Of a DNA stretch of 64,000 nt, positions 26,609 through 37,658 are shown piece by piece (positions within the stretch are counted from its first letter, which is position 1; every line of letters begins with the position of its first letter). The translations under genes were made by a program, and so were the position numbers. The DNA is taken from positions 91,464-155,463 of the IMG/VR virus record IMGVR_UViG_3300020577_009322. One strand, given 5' to 3'. This stretch comes from a virus (lineage: Duplodnaviria; Caudoviricetes). Under the pieces are notes generated by a model. The model worked only from the letters and a program-made list of their open reading frames with translations, did not search any database and was not told the DNA's origin.

Positions 26609-27448
26609 ATGCAAAGAAGATTAAATAAAGAAGAAATAGAAAAATTATGTGAAATGTATGAAACTGGTAAATATACATTTTTAGATTTATCTTCATATTT
26701 TCCAGTAACAAAGGATGCTATTAGAGGTTTATTACTTAGAAGGGGATATAAGGCTAAGTCTCATTCTGAATTGAATAGAAAATATTCACTAAATGAAGAA
26801 TTTTTTGATGAAATAGACACTGAGGAAAAAGCCTATATGTTGGGATTTATATATGCTGATGGATGCAATTATCCTGAATCTACAAGAATTTTACTAGGTT
26901 TGGCAGAAAAAGATAAGGAAATATTAGACAAATTTTCTATTTTATTGGAATCTTCAAGACCATTACAGTATAGAAAATCTGTTGGAACAAGTGCGCCTCA
27001 ATATATCTTAAATATATCTAGCAAGCATATGTCTAATAAATTAATAGAATTAGGAGTTGTTAAAGCTAAATCTTTAATTTTGACTTTCCCTAAATGGTTA
27101 AATAAAGAATTATATCATCATTTCATAAGGGGTTATTTTGATGGAGATGGTTGCATTACTTCTTCATCTCCTAATAGAAATAAAGAAGGTAGAAAATCAG
27201 ATGTTAAATGGAGTATTGTAGGAACTGAAGATTTTGTAATTAACATTCAAAGAATAATGATTGATAAATTAAACTTTAATAAAACCAAAATTAGAAAGCA
27301 TAAAAGTGCATATTATTTGGAATATAAAGGTGGAAAACAAATAGAAACAATAAAAGAATGGTTGTATAAAGATGCAACTATTTTCCTAAAAAGGAAATAT
27401 AATAAATTTATAAATTATGCCAGCAACCTCGCCATTTCAGGGCAATGA
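26609..27448 (+). CDS. Free-standing LAGLIDADG homing endonuclease
   Basis: MLGFIYADGC and FIRGYFDGDGC motifs; overlaps next gene by 32 nt. Confidence 0.92.
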   Translation: MQRRLNKEEIEKLCEMYETGKYTFLDLSSYFPVTKDAIRGLLLRRGYKAKSHSELNRKYSLNEEFFDEIDTEEKAYMLGFIYADGCNYPESTRILLGLAEKDKEILDKFSILLESSRPLQYRKSVGTSAPQYILNISSKHMSNKLIELGVVKAKSLILTFPKWLNKELYHHFIRGYFDGDGCITSSSPNRNKEGRKSDVKWSIVGTEDFVINIQRIMIDKLNFNKTKIRKHKSAYYLEYKGGKQIETIKEWLYKDATIFLKRKYNKFINYASNLAISGQ

Positions 27449-30278
27449 TTATCAAGCTGTATCTCAGTATAGACCATATTCTTTAAGAGTTAACGATATC
27501 TTCAAAGCCAATTCAGCATTAGATGCTTATTGGGATGATGGGGCACGTTCTGTTAAGAAAGCTTATGAGAATGTTGTCGACTTGAAATTACATACGACTG
27601 AAAATAGACAGATAAGAGATCAATTTGTACAAGATGCACAAAAACAGATAACTAAAATATCTTCTATGAATTTAGCTGATCCATCTGTACAGAGACAGGG
27701 AATTGATATATTTAAGCCACTATATAAAGACCAGAATATAGTTGGTGAAGATTATGTTATAAGAAACGGAGAACAAGAGTTAGCTACAGGAGAAACATTT
27801 CGTACAAAGGATGGTGGTAAAAACTATAATCCTTTATCTATAGAAAATATTAAGTTTGAACAGAATTTACTATCTATTGATCCAGCTAAAGGTGGATTGA
27901 ATAAAAGAGATGGATGGAAAGCTATAGTTAATAATCAATCTACCTATACTCCATATACAGATATAAGTAAAGAATACAAGCAAATTCAGGATGCTGTTAA
28001 AGCAGAAGAGATCAAAAATGCATCCATTTCTGGAGATCAATGGTATATTGAGGAAGTTAGTAAGAAAGGTGTAAGTAAGGATAGAATGCAAGCCGCTATA
28101 GAAGAAATGGGAAGTCCTCAGTTAAAAGAACAAATGAGAGTAGAGGGAAGAAATATTTATTATAAGAAGTTATCTGCAGATCCTACGCAAGTTGATGGAT
28201 ATTTCCAGTCTCTTGCAGGTTCTTATTATGATACAAAAATTAATGAATTAAAAAATAGAAAAGCAGAGATAGAATATAATAATTATATGACTCCTGATAA
28301 ACCTGAATATGCAGCTAAGAAGCAATCATATAAGAATACATCAGAGGAGTTAGATAAAACTATTACTTCTCTTGAAACTAAATATAAGCCTGATTATATA
28401 AGAGAATTTAATGGATTATCCAATTTGGATAATCTATCATCTAATATCTCAAAAATAGAGCAGTTATGGCAACAGTCATCTATTGATAATTTATCAGGCA
28501 AGTTAGCTTATGAAACCTCTTCTAGAGAAATAAAAGCTAATCCTGCCAAAATAGCTAAGGAAAATCTGAATCTAGGAATGCAACGTTTACAGGAGACTAA
28601 ACGTCATAATTTGTCTACTGAACAAATTGATCTTCTTAAGAATATAAATAAATCTACAGGTAGTGCTGGAGGTGGAAATAGTAATTTCCTTTTACCTGGA
28701 GGAAATGGAACAGCAAATGTTCCCGTAAATTATAATACACCTTCTCAAAAAGATCTTGATACCTTTAGAAAGGTAGCAGATACAATGCAGAAAGAGTTCG
28801 ATAATAATGATGAACCAATAAGAGAGGCTGCTGTAACAAATATTGTTGGTAATCAAGCCTGGAATTCTATTCAGGATCCGGCAAATGTTGGTAAGAAAAC
28901 AAGTGATGTTTTAGTGGATACTGAAATACAGAAAGCTGCTGAATTCTTAAAAGCGTATAGTGACAAGCATACAGCAGAAGAATTACAAGTTGGTAGAATT
29001 CCTATACTTAATAAACCTATTTTAGTACCAAAAGGATTATCAATTGATCAATATAAAGAGTATTTAGGAAATTTGTCAGCAGCCGGATTTAAAAATATAG
29101 TAGGAAAGCTAGTAAAATCTGATGTAGATTTAACCAGTGATTTAATTGGAAAACTAGCTACAGAAAATGGAGTAGACAAAGCAGCTAATTTTAGAAACAC
29201 ATATAACAATACTTTAAGAAATCAAATGAATTTATCTGCTAATATAACAAATCAAGTAGCGGAAAAATTAGGAGATTATGCATCACTTTTTCGTAATAAC
29301 GGTAAAGTAAACTTAACAGATAGTGAAATTGCAGATGCATACAATAAAGGCATTCAATCTAATAAATTAATTGCTCATTATAATGTAGTAATAACACACC
29401 CTTCAAGTAACCCAAATACAACGGAAGAAAAATATATTCCTCTTACAGAAAAAGAATTTAATGATTATAAGTCTGGAAAAGTAAAAAATTATGACGGGTA
29501 CGTAGTTAGTCGTGTACCATCATTAAGTGAATTTTCTTCTACCATAAGAAGAAAAACGGATCCAGTATATTATCGTCTTAAGATGGAAAATAATCAAGCT
29601 GGAAATCAATATACTTATAATGATAAGAATAATGAAGAGAAGATTGCTGCATTAAATCGTTTTGAGACAATTTCTCCAGATGTACAAGGAACAGATGCTA
29701 CTCCTGATAATAAGGAAATATTTAGTTTTTTAAAGAGTAATGCAAAACATTTGATTGCACAAGAAATAAAGACACCTGGTCCGGATGAAACTTTACCATC
29801 AGTTAAATTTACTATGGAAAACTTTGGAACAGGTAAAGAACAAGAGGAATTAAAGAAAATGGTTGATAAAGTTAACTCTACATGGTTCAGAACTACCGAT
29901 GTTCCTGCAGATTATTTCTCTAAAGGAAACTCTTCGGGATCTGTAAGATACAGGGGAGCCTATGTTTCTTATATTCCATCTAAAATGCCAAATGGTCAAG
30001 AGGCAGGAATATTTATAAGAAATTTATCTACTAGTCCTGCTACTATTGAACCTGATATCCAGGTTAAGAATTTATATGTACTGAGAGATATTAATAAAGG
30101 TCCAGTAGAAGAAAATAAACTATACATAACAAAAGATCTAGTAAAGAAACAATTTCAAGATAGTCATAATAATACTCCTATAGAAGTATATATGCAAAAT
30201 GATGTTGATGAAGTTAATCGTTTTTTATCAGCATTAGTAACCAACATTGAGCAGAAAAATAAAGTAAAAGAAAAGTAA
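27417..30278 (+). CDS. Virion cargo (ejected) protein
   Basis: 953 aa helical protein directly upstream of giant cargo genes. Confidence 0.6.
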   Translation: MPATSPFQGNDYQAVSQYRPYSLRVNDIFKANSALDAYWDDGARSVKKAYENVVDLKLHTTENRQIRDQFVQDAQKQITKISSMNLADPSVQRQGIDIFKPLYKDQNIVGEDYVIRNGEQELATGETFRTKDGGKNYNPLSIENIKFEQNLLSIDPAKGGLNKRDGWKAIVNNQSTYTPYTDISKEYKQIQDAVKAEEIKNASISGDQWYIEEVSKKGVSKDRMQAAIEEMGSPQLKEQMRVEGRNIYYKKLSADPTQVDGYFQSLAGSYYDTKINELKNRKAEIEYNNYMTPDKPEYAAKKQSYKNTSEELDKTITSLETKYKPDYIREFNGLSNLDNLSSNISKIEQLWQQSSIDNLSGKLAYETSSREIKANPAKIAKENLNLGMQRLQETKRHNLSTEQIDLLKNINKSTGSAGGGNSNFLLPGGNGTANVPVNYNTPSQKDLDTFRKVADTMQKEFDNNDEPIREAAVTNIVGNQAWNSIQDPANVGKKTSDVLVDTEIQKAAEFLKAYSDKHTAEELQVGRIPILNKPILVPKGLSIDQYKEYLGNLSAAGFKNIVGKLVKSDVDLTSDLIGKLATENGVDKAANFRNTYNNTLRNQMNLSANITNQVAEKLGDYASLFRNNGKVNLTDSEIADAYNKGIQSNKLIAHYNVVITHPSSNPNTTEEKYIPLTEKEFNDYKSGKVKNYDGYVVSRVPSLSEFSSTIRRKTDPVYYRLKMENNQAGNQYTYNDKNNEEKIAALNRFETISPDVQGTDATPDNKEIFSFLKSNAKHLIAQEIKTPGPDETLPSVKFTMENFGTGKEQEELKKMVDKVNSTWFRTTDVPADYFSKGNSSGSVRYRGAYVSYIPSKMPNGQEAGIFIRNLSTSPATIEPDIQVKNLYVLRDINKGPVEENKLYITKDLVKKQFQDSHNNTPIEVYMQNDVDEVNRFLSALVTNIEQKNKVKEK

Positions 30279-33200
30279 TGCCAGATTTAATAAATCCCAC
30301 ATTTGATACTAAGATAGATCAGCCAGATATTCCAGTAGTTGTTGATACTCAATGGAATAGACCAACTGTTCAAATACCAGATTCTTTAAAACAATCTCAA
30401 GCGTTGTTTCAGGAACCAGGTGATGTATCTTTAATGGACTTTACTAACAAGGTAAATAATCACTTAACTCCAGATCAAGTAAAGAGAAATAATGAAGATG
30501 CTAATATTATGGCATCTCTTACACCTAAAATTACTACTCCATCAAAAGAAGTCCCTTTCAGATATTTCTCATCTATTGATGCGATGCGCTATAAGCAGAA
30601 TAGTAGATTATGGAATACTCAAGGATACAATCCTGAAGTTCCATCTGATATTACAGATGCTATCTATGATTTTCATGAGACTAAATGGGAGTCTATTAAG
30701 AATATTTTACCAAAATTATGGTCAACAACTGCCTTTTCCTTTAAGAATTATTTTGCAGAATATGCAGATACAGCTCGTGCTATTTCACAATTAGATGCTA
30801 ATTTATTACATGATAGTCAGCGTTTTGAAGATTATCAAAACGACCAAAATGAATTAGAAGCATTAAATCCTGACTATAAAACTGATAAAGAAGTTAAATG
30901 GTGGCAGTTAGGTAGAGGGGATTATTGGGAACAATCGGCTTCATCTTTAGGATTTACTATTGGTACAATAGCTGCAGCGGTAACAGAAAATGTTGGTATT
31001 ACACTGGCAACAGGAGGATTAGGAGAATTTGGTGAATTATATAATTCACCTCGTAAAATATATAAAGCAATTTCAGATTATTATTCTTTAAAAAGAGCCT
31101 ATTCTTTAGTAAAAGGTGCCCTAGGTGCTAAGTCACTTGTTGGTAGATTAGGTAATGCAGCTAATATTTGGAGATTAACAAATGGTGCACTATCAGAAGC
31201 TGCTTTTGAAGGAGCAACAATTGCTTATGATTATTTACAATCATATAAACAGAATTACATAGATAAATATGGCAGAAATCCTTCTGAAGAAGAAATGAAG
31301 GGTGCAAAAATGGCAGCTAATTCTATGGCTAATGCCACCATCTTATTTGAGACCCCTTTCTTAATGGCTAGTAATGCTGTTCAGTTTGGTAACTTAATTG
31401 CTCCAAAGACAATTGGAAAATTAGCTAAATTGGGAGAAAAGGGAGCCTTTAAGTTAGGTACCGAGTTGATAGATGGATTACCAAAGACAATAGTACAATC
31501 AACAGAAAATCAAGCAAAAAATATATTCACTAAATATGGAGAGAAAGGATTACATGCTATAAAAAATGCTACATGGGAAGGTACTGAAGAAAGTTATCAA
31601 GCATTGGTAACTACTTCCACTCAAAAGTATTATGGAGATAAGTATAAGAATGGAGATGATGGAGATATAATGAAAGCTCTCGGAGCAGGATATGATTATA
31701 TTACTTCTAATCAAGGTCTAATAGAGTTTTCTGCGGGATTTGCTACAGGAGAAATTTTTCATTTAGCTGGAGTACCTCTACATATATTTGCTAAACCTTC
31801 AGTAAGAACTGCTGAAGAACAAGCTACTTATAAGAAAGCTAATCCAGATGCTACAGATATTGATGCTAAATACAAAACTAATGTATTAAACAATGTCTTT
31901 GGATATGGAATGGATAAGATAAATAAAGAGAGAGAAAAAGCTAATCTGGAAGAAATAGCTAAAAAGCTCAATTCAGTTGATCTTGAGAAATTCTTAAAAG
32001 AAGAAGGATTTTTATCATTAGTAAAAGATAAACAAACTCAGTTTGCTTTAGCAAAGTATTTACAAAATAATGATCAATTTAATATGCAGAATGCTCAAAA
32101 TCTGCAGTTAAATCGTTACTTATATGCTGGTTTGACTACAGGTAAAATTGATTTACAAATAGATAAATTAAAACAATTTGCTAGTCAAGATTTTCATACC
32201 TTGAGTGAATTTTTTGGGTTAGATGAAAATGATTATTCTACTCAGGAAGATAAAGATAAATTTATTAACGGATTTAGAGCATGGACGGCTGAATTAGGTA
32301 ATAAAACTAAAGAATTTGAAAGAATTTTTAATCAACAAAAGGATTCATTTTCTTCTATTATATCTGCAGCAGCTAAGGAACATGATAAAAATTTATCAAT
32401 CAAGAATAGTTTTCTGACCGATCTACAAAGAAAATATTCAGAAGATAATATAGAAAATCTAAGTAAGAAAATATCATCTGATGAGATCACTCAGTTAAAT
32501 GATATGAATGTAGCTACTGTCGCATCACATTTTCGTTTCTATGCTGTAAATGAAGCTGTAAAAGCCTCTGTATTTTCTCAAGTTGGTATGGATGATGCTG
32601 CTAATCGTGCTAAAGATATTGTTAGACAATTAGTTAAGAATGATTCTACTCATACCTTCTATCATGAATTAGGAAGTTTCTTTGATATTGGTTATAGAGA
32701 AAATCGCCTTAAGGACTTACAAAGTAAAGTAGATTTAGCCAAATCATCTAATGATGAAAATTTATCATTATATGAACAGCAGTTAAATTCTTTTAAAAGT
32801 ATGACCAAGAAATTAGATGGTCAATTTAATAGAGCTTCTAACTATAATATAGATAGTGTTGCTAATAGTATTCTTGATTATTTACACAATACTCAAAGAG
32901 AATTAAACAACTTAGATAATTCTACTTCATTAGAGGATCGTATAGCCAATCAAGAAGTGGGACAATATTCTCTTCTTAAAGAATTTGTTAAGTTACAAAA
33001 ATCTCATCAAGAGAATCTTAACCTATATAATTATTTATCTTCTCAGGCTAATAGAGAAGATTATACCCGTTTCCAGTCAAGAAAATTAACAGACTTCTTC
33101 TCTAAAGCTGTAGAGTTAACTGATAATGAGGAAAAAGATAAGCAAGTTAAAGAAGCTGTTGATAATAATGGAGTTCAGGAAGCTGAAGTAGTGAAATCTT

Positions 33201-34213
33201 ATGTTAAAAAGACTGAAGAACCTATTCAAGTTTCTAACACTTTATCAGAAAATACAAAAGTAGAAAGTAAACCTAAATATAATATTGATAATGTTAATGC
33301 ATTAATATTAGCTATTATACAAAAAAACTTTCAGAAGATTTCTGATTTAAAATCAGAGATAGCAAAAATTCCAAAAGATTTAGTAGAAGAAAGAGTTAAT
33401 TTACTTATCTCAAGAGTTGCTACATATAAGAAACCAGAGAATGCTAATAAAATAAAAGAAGAATTTAGAAGGATTTTTGGTGAAGATTTCTTACAGAATT
33501 CTCCTACTCCAAAAGTAGAGGAAAAACCAGCGGTTAAACAACCATCTACTAATCCTTTAGATAAGATTAAGATAACCTTAACTCCACAAGAAGATAAGAG
33601 AGCTGATATAGAAAGAAGAAGACAAGAAGAACTAAATCAAAAAACTGATGCAGGGTATTCAATTATTGCATTGGACTATTTATTTACAGGAGGTAGAGAT
33701 GTAATACAATCTACTGATTATTTATTACAGGCTTTAGTTGGAGGATTTACAAGTGCAGCTAAAGAAATAAATGATATTAGAAATAAATATGCTGATAAGT
33801 TAGGTAATATTAAAGATGATATTAACTCTGATGTTTATAATCAAATGATGTTAGAAATTAGGGATGTTATAAATAAAAATTATAATGACCCTAAAGCAAA
33901 TGAAATTTTTGATAAAATATTAAAAAATGCAACAGGATTTACAACTAGAGAAGGAAATCAAACAAGTATTGAATTAGATAAATTAAATGAACAAAATGAT
34001 TCTAAAATCAATGCTAAATATTATGCAGAATTAGCTGCTTTAGGAGCTACTACAACCACTTCAATTAAACCCGGAGTAGAAGAATTATTCGATGAAAACC
34101 CTGAATTAGCTAATGCTGTATATTCAAAAATATTAACTAATTCTGGACTTTCTTCTGAAAATTTATTATCTTTGCTATTGAAAGATAACTTAATAGAAAA
34201 ACAATGTCCATAA
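30278..34213 (+). CDS. Giant cargo/RNAP polyprotein fragment 1 (Gly/Ala-rich membrane-inserting N-terminal region)
   Basis: SASSLGFTIGTIAAAV, EGTEESYQ; ends ...LLLKDNLIEKQCP*. Confidence 0.7.
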   Translation: MPDLINPTFDTKIDQPDIPVVVDTQWNRPTVQIPDSLKQSQALFQEPGDVSLMDFTNKVNNHLTPDQVKRNNEDANIMASLTPKITTPSKEVPFRYFSSIDAMRYKQNSRLWNTQGYNPEVPSDITDAIYDFHETKWESIKNILPKLWSTTAFSFKNYFAEYADTARAISQLDANLLHDSQRFEDYQNDQNELEALNPDYKTDKEVKWWQLGRGDYWEQSASSLGFTIGTIAAAVTENVGITLATGGLGEFGELYNSPRKIYKAISDYYSLKRAYSLVKGALGAKSLVGRLGNAANIWRLTNGALSEAAFEGATIAYDYLQSYKQNYIDKYGRNPSEEEMKGAKMAANSMANATILFETPFLMASNAVQFGNLIAPKTIGKLAKLGEKGAFKLGTELIDGLPKTIVQSTENQAKNIFTKYGEKGLHAIKNATWEGTEESYQALVTTSTQKYYGDKYKNGDDGDIMKALGAGYDYITSNQGLIEFSAGFATGEIFHLAGVPLHIFAKPSVRTAEEQATYKKANPDATDIDAKYKTNVLNNVFGYGMDKINKEREKANLEEIAKKLNSVDLEKFLKEEGFLSLVKDKQTQFALAKYLQNNDQFNMQNAQNLQLNRYLYAGLTTGKIDLQIDKLKQFASQDFHTLSEFFGLDENDYSTQEDKDKFINGFRAWTAELGNKTKEFERIFNQQKDSFSSIISAAAKEHDKNLSIKNSFLTDLQRKYSEDNIENLSKKISSDEITQLNDMNVATVASHFRFYAVNEAVKASVFSQVGMDDAANRAKDIVRQLVKNDSTHTFYHELGSFFDIGYRENRLKDLQSKVDLAKSSNDENLSLYEQQLNSFKSMTKKLDGQFNRASNYNIDSVANSILDYLHNTQRELNNLDNSTSLEDRIANQEVGQYSLLKEFVKLQKSHQENLNLYNYLSSQANREDYTRFQSRKLTDFFSKAVELTDNEEKDKQVKEAVDNNGVQEAEVVKSYVKKTEEPIQVSNTLSENTKVESKPKYNIDNVNALILAIIQKNFQKISDLKSEIAKIPKDLVEERVNLLISRVATYKKPENANKIKEEFRRIFGEDFLQNSPTPKVEEKPAVKQPSTNPLDKIKITLTPQEDKRADIERRRQEELNQKTDAGYSIIALDYLFTGGRDVIQSTDYLLQALVGGFTSAAKEINDIRNKYADKLGNIKDDINSDVYNQMMLEIRDVINKNYNDPKANEIFDKILKNATGFTTREGNQTSIELDKLNEQNDSKINAKYYAELAALGATTTTSIKPGVEELFDENPELANAVYSKILTNSGLSSENLLSLLLKDNLIEKQCP
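34003..34043 (+). repeat. 41-bp direct repeat, copy 1 (KINAKYxAELAAL)
   Basis: taaaatcaatgctaaatattatgcagaattagctgctttag; 39/41 identical to 38948-38988. Confidence 0.9.
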
Positions 34214-34818
34214 GCGGTATATATAAAATAACAAATATAATAACTCAAGATAGTTATGTTGGTTCTGCTGTAAATTTAAATAGCAGAAAAAGAACTCATT
34301 TTGCCAACATGAATTTGTCAAAACATCCTAATAAACATCTACAAGCATCTTGTAATAAGTACGGTATTGATAATTTTCAGTTTGAAATTTTAGCTAATTG
34401 TCCTAAAGAATATTTATTAAAACTTGAACAGTTTTTTATAGATAGTTTAAAACCTACTTTCAATAAAAGAAAAGAAGTTAATAGTAATTTAGGAATGATA
34501 TTAACAGAAGAACATAAACAAAAGATTTCTGAAAGTAATACTAATAATCCTAAAAGAGTTGGTAGAAAGTTATCTGATGAACATAAAGAAAGTATTAGAA
34601 AATCTCACTTAGGTAAAAGTCTTTCGGAAGAAACCAAACAAAAAATATCTGAAAAGTTTAAAGGTGAAAATCATCCAATGGCTAAACTTAACCAAGAAAA
34701 AGCTAATGAAATTAGAACTTTATTTGGTAAAATGAAAATAAAAGAAATAGCTTCTAAATATAATATTTGTGTAGGAACAGTAGAAAAAATTAAAAGTAAT
34801 AAAATATGGGTTGCATAA
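34204..34818 (+). mobile_element. GIY-YIG homing endonuclease gene with NUMOD3 repeats, splitting the cargo gene
   Basis: SGIYKITN...YVGSA; EEHKQKISE, SEETKQKISE repeats; overlaps both flanking ORFs. Confidence 0.9.
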
Positions 34819-36881
34819 TAAAATATAAAAAACAATCAATACCAGAAGAACAATTTCTTCAATATCTTAATAAGCAAATTGCTATTAATAATTTATTTGA
34901 AACAAATGGTGATTTTGCTTCTAAAATTTATGAAGCTTTAGGGTTTAATAAACAAATAAATGAAATAGCAGATACTAAAAAAGTAGATGAATTTATTAAA
35001 AAATATAAAGATGCTTTACCAAATATTAAAGATGGTAAAACGTTAATATCTCATTTGCAAACTGTTTCTAATAGGAATACAGGAACAACTAAACAGTTTG
35101 CAGATTTAATAATTAAACTATCTAAATCAAATAAAGGATTAGAAAAATTATTAAATAATCCTAATTTATATGCTAAACCAAACAGTGTAGGAGATGAAGG
35201 AGCTTTTCATTGGTCATTGTTTAATAATTTATCTGTTAACAAAATTGTTTTAGAATTAGACCATTTTAAAACTAATACTTATGATGATGTTTTTTTACAT
35301 GAGTTAATTCATAATTTAACCACTCAATTTATTGTAAAAGATTCTGATTTATTTAATCAAAATTTTTATAATAAAGTAAAAGAACTATATTCTGTTTTTG
35401 ATAACCATCTTGAAGCTAACAAAAAAGTAAATGAACCTTTACTTAAATCTACAAAAGATGATGTTAAAAACCTTAAAAGGCTAAAAGAATATTTTGAATT
35501 CTTACCCTCAGATGCTATTCAGCAAGAATTATTGTTTGGTAAAATAGGTAGTCTATCTACCGTTAAAGATGTAAAACTTGATTATAAGTCATTAGAAAAT
35601 AAGTCTAAACAAGATGTTATAAAAGAATTAGAAAGATTATTATCTTTTAAAGAAAGTAGAATACAAGAAATAGAAAAAGGAGATAAAGATTACTATTATT
35701 TTAATTCTAAAACATTTAAACAAGAAAATGTTCTATCTGAATTTTTAGCAACTTTTATAAATGATGCTAACTTTAGGGAACAACTTAAAAACATAGACTA
35801 TAAAAACAATAAATCTATTTTTCAAGCTATTATTGATTTAATATCTGAATTTATAGGATTAACTAAAAATGATAGTTTGTATAATGAATTTGTTTTAAAT
35901 CTTACAAACTTTATTAATAATAATGATTATTCTACAATAGCTGAACAAACACAAAAAACAGCTTATCAAAATAGAATAAATTTACTTGAACAACAAAAAC
36001 AACAAGCTCAACAACTATATTCTCAATATCTACAACAAAATCCTAATGGTAGTATAGAACAGTTTAAAAGTTGGATTAGTAATAGAAACACTTTTGATAA
36101 AGAACTTGCTCAAAAAATACAAGATAAACTTCAAAGACTATATCCTGAAATTAAATTAAATATTACTAATAATCCTATTTGGGAAAAAGGTGATAATGTA
36201 TTTAATCAAGAAGAATATAACAATCAAGTTAATTATAGATTGAAAGCTACTGAAAAAGTATTAGATAATTTAGCTAAAATTAAACAATGGGAGTCTAATA
36301 AATCTATTGATAAAAATACTTTATGGAAAAAAATAGGGGAATTGGGTATTTCTAAACAACAATTAGAATTACTAAAAGAATCTGAAGGAAACACTATAGA
36401 AGAAAAGTTAACAAATTTTGTAGCTAATTATAGTTATACTGTAGAGATTAATACTGCTAAAGAAAATCTTAAAATACCTAAAGTTGATTATCCAAATGTT
36501 AATTCAATATTTATCAATGGAAAAGAATATAAAAAAATAGGAAAAAATAAATATACTTTAGATGGAAATACTATAAACTACGAAAGTCTTCCTGTTTCAG
36601 TTAAAGAATATTTAGATAATATTGAAGTTGAAGAACTTGTTGAGCCAATACTTACTCAACATTACTCTAATCTAACAGTTCCAGGAGGTACTAATTATAC
36701 AGAGAATGAAATAGCTACTCCTGGAATTACACCTTCTATTAAAGGTCATGCTCAATTTGCTACTGATAAAGGATTGATGTGGAGTAGAACAGATGAAAAA
36801 ATACAATATCAAGAACAAGACATTGATAACTTGTTGAAAATTATGGAAAATAGTAAAATTCTTCAAATAAAATGCTCTTAA
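34806..36881 (+). CDS. Polyprotein fragment 2 with zincin metallopeptidase domain
   Basis: HELIH...SEFLA; starts MGC, ends QIKCS*. Confidence 0.75.
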   Translation: MGCIIKYKKQSIPEEQFLQYLNKQIAINNLFETNGDFASKIYEALGFNKQINEIADTKKVDEFIKKYKDALPNIKDGKTLISHLQTVSNRNTGTTKQFADLIIKLSKSNKGLEKLLNNPNLYAKPNSVGDEGAFHWSLFNNLSVNKIVLELDHFKTNTYDDVFLHELIHNLTTQFIVKDSDLFNQNFYNKVKELYSVFDNHLEANKKVNEPLLKSTKDDVKNLKRLKEYFEFLPSDAIQQELLFGKIGSLSTVKDVKLDYKSLENKSKQDVIKELERLLSFKESRIQEIEKGDKDYYYFNSKTFKQENVLSEFLATFINDANFREQLKNIDYKNNKSIFQAIIDLISEFIGLTKNDSLYNEFVLNLTNFINNNDYSTIAEQTQKTAYQNRINLLEQQKQQAQQLYSQYLQQNPNGSIEQFKSWISNRNTFDKELAQKIQDKLQRLYPEIKLNITNNPIWEKGDNVFNQEEYNNQVNYRLKATEKVLDNLAKIKQWESNKSIDKNTLWKKIGELGISKQQLELLKESEGNTIEEKLTNFVANYSYTVEINTAKENLKIPKVDYPNVNSIFINGKEYKKIGKNKYTLDGNTINYESLPVSVKEYLDNIEVEELVEPILTQHYSNLTVPGGTNYTENEIATPGITPSIKGHAQFATDKGLMWSRTDEKIQYQEQDIDNLLKIMENSKILQIKCS

Positions 36882-36882
36882 A

Positions 36883-36914
36883 TTTGGTACATTCAGAATT
36901 TTGTTGTATATTTG
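36883..36914 (+). promoter_or_regulatory. Bacteroidota-type promoter of second GIY-YIG gene
   Basis: TTTG 36883-36886 and TATATTTG 36907-36914; ATG at 36920. Confidence 0.82.
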
Positions 36915-36919
36915 TAACT

Positions 36920-37657
36920 ATGGAGAAATCAGGAATATATCAAATAAGAAATAAAGTAAACGGAAAATCTTATATAGGAAGTTCTACAAGACTTAATAAA
37001 AGATGGAAAAGACATTTAACAGATTTAAAATGTAATGTTCATCATTCTTTAGCTTTACAAAGAGCTTTTCACAAATATGGTTATGATAACTTTGAATTTA
37101 TTATACTAGAAAATTGTGAAGAAAATTTACTCTTGGAAAGAGAGCAATATTATTTAGATAATTTAAAACCTGAATATAATATTTGTAGTATAGCAGGTAA
37201 TTGTTTAGGTATAAAACAATCTGAGGAAACAAAAGAAAAAAGAAAACTATCTAATTCTAAGTATTGGGATTCTGTAGGAAGAAAACATAAAGATAAAATT
37301 AAAGTTATTAGAGAACAAAACTTTTTAATTAAACAACAAAGAGAGCAAAGAAATATACAAATAGTAGAAGATTTAAAATCTGGTATTAGGCAAGATGTAA
37401 TTGCTGAAAAATATAATTTATCTCCTTCAGTAATAACTCAACTTAAAAAGAAACACAATGTTGTAACAAATATTATTTCTAAAGGTAGTAATAATGGATT
37501 TTCTAAACTTACAGAAGAACAAGTAAAAGAAATTAAGCATCTTTTAAAAGATAAAGTAAAGCAGCAAACTATTGCTGATAAATATAACGTAAAACTTAGG
37601 ACAATTAAGGCTATTCAATCTGGTCAAAATTGGAATCATATTAAAATAGAAGAATAA
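36920..37657 (+). mobile_element. GIY-YIG homing endonuclease gene splitting the cargo gene
   Basis: SGIYQIRN...YIGSS; SEETKEKRK; C-terminal HTHs; start reassigned from 36872 to 36920. Confidence 0.9.
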
Positions 37658-37658
37658 A

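Noticed and set aside
34204-37657. Group I introns or inteins hosting the GIY-YIG genes
   Set aside because: HEG ORFs overlap or abut the host fragments (largest gap 38 nt, occupied by a promoter), no P7-type core was seen, host frames end in stop codons, and there are no Hint or HN-C/S/T motifs.
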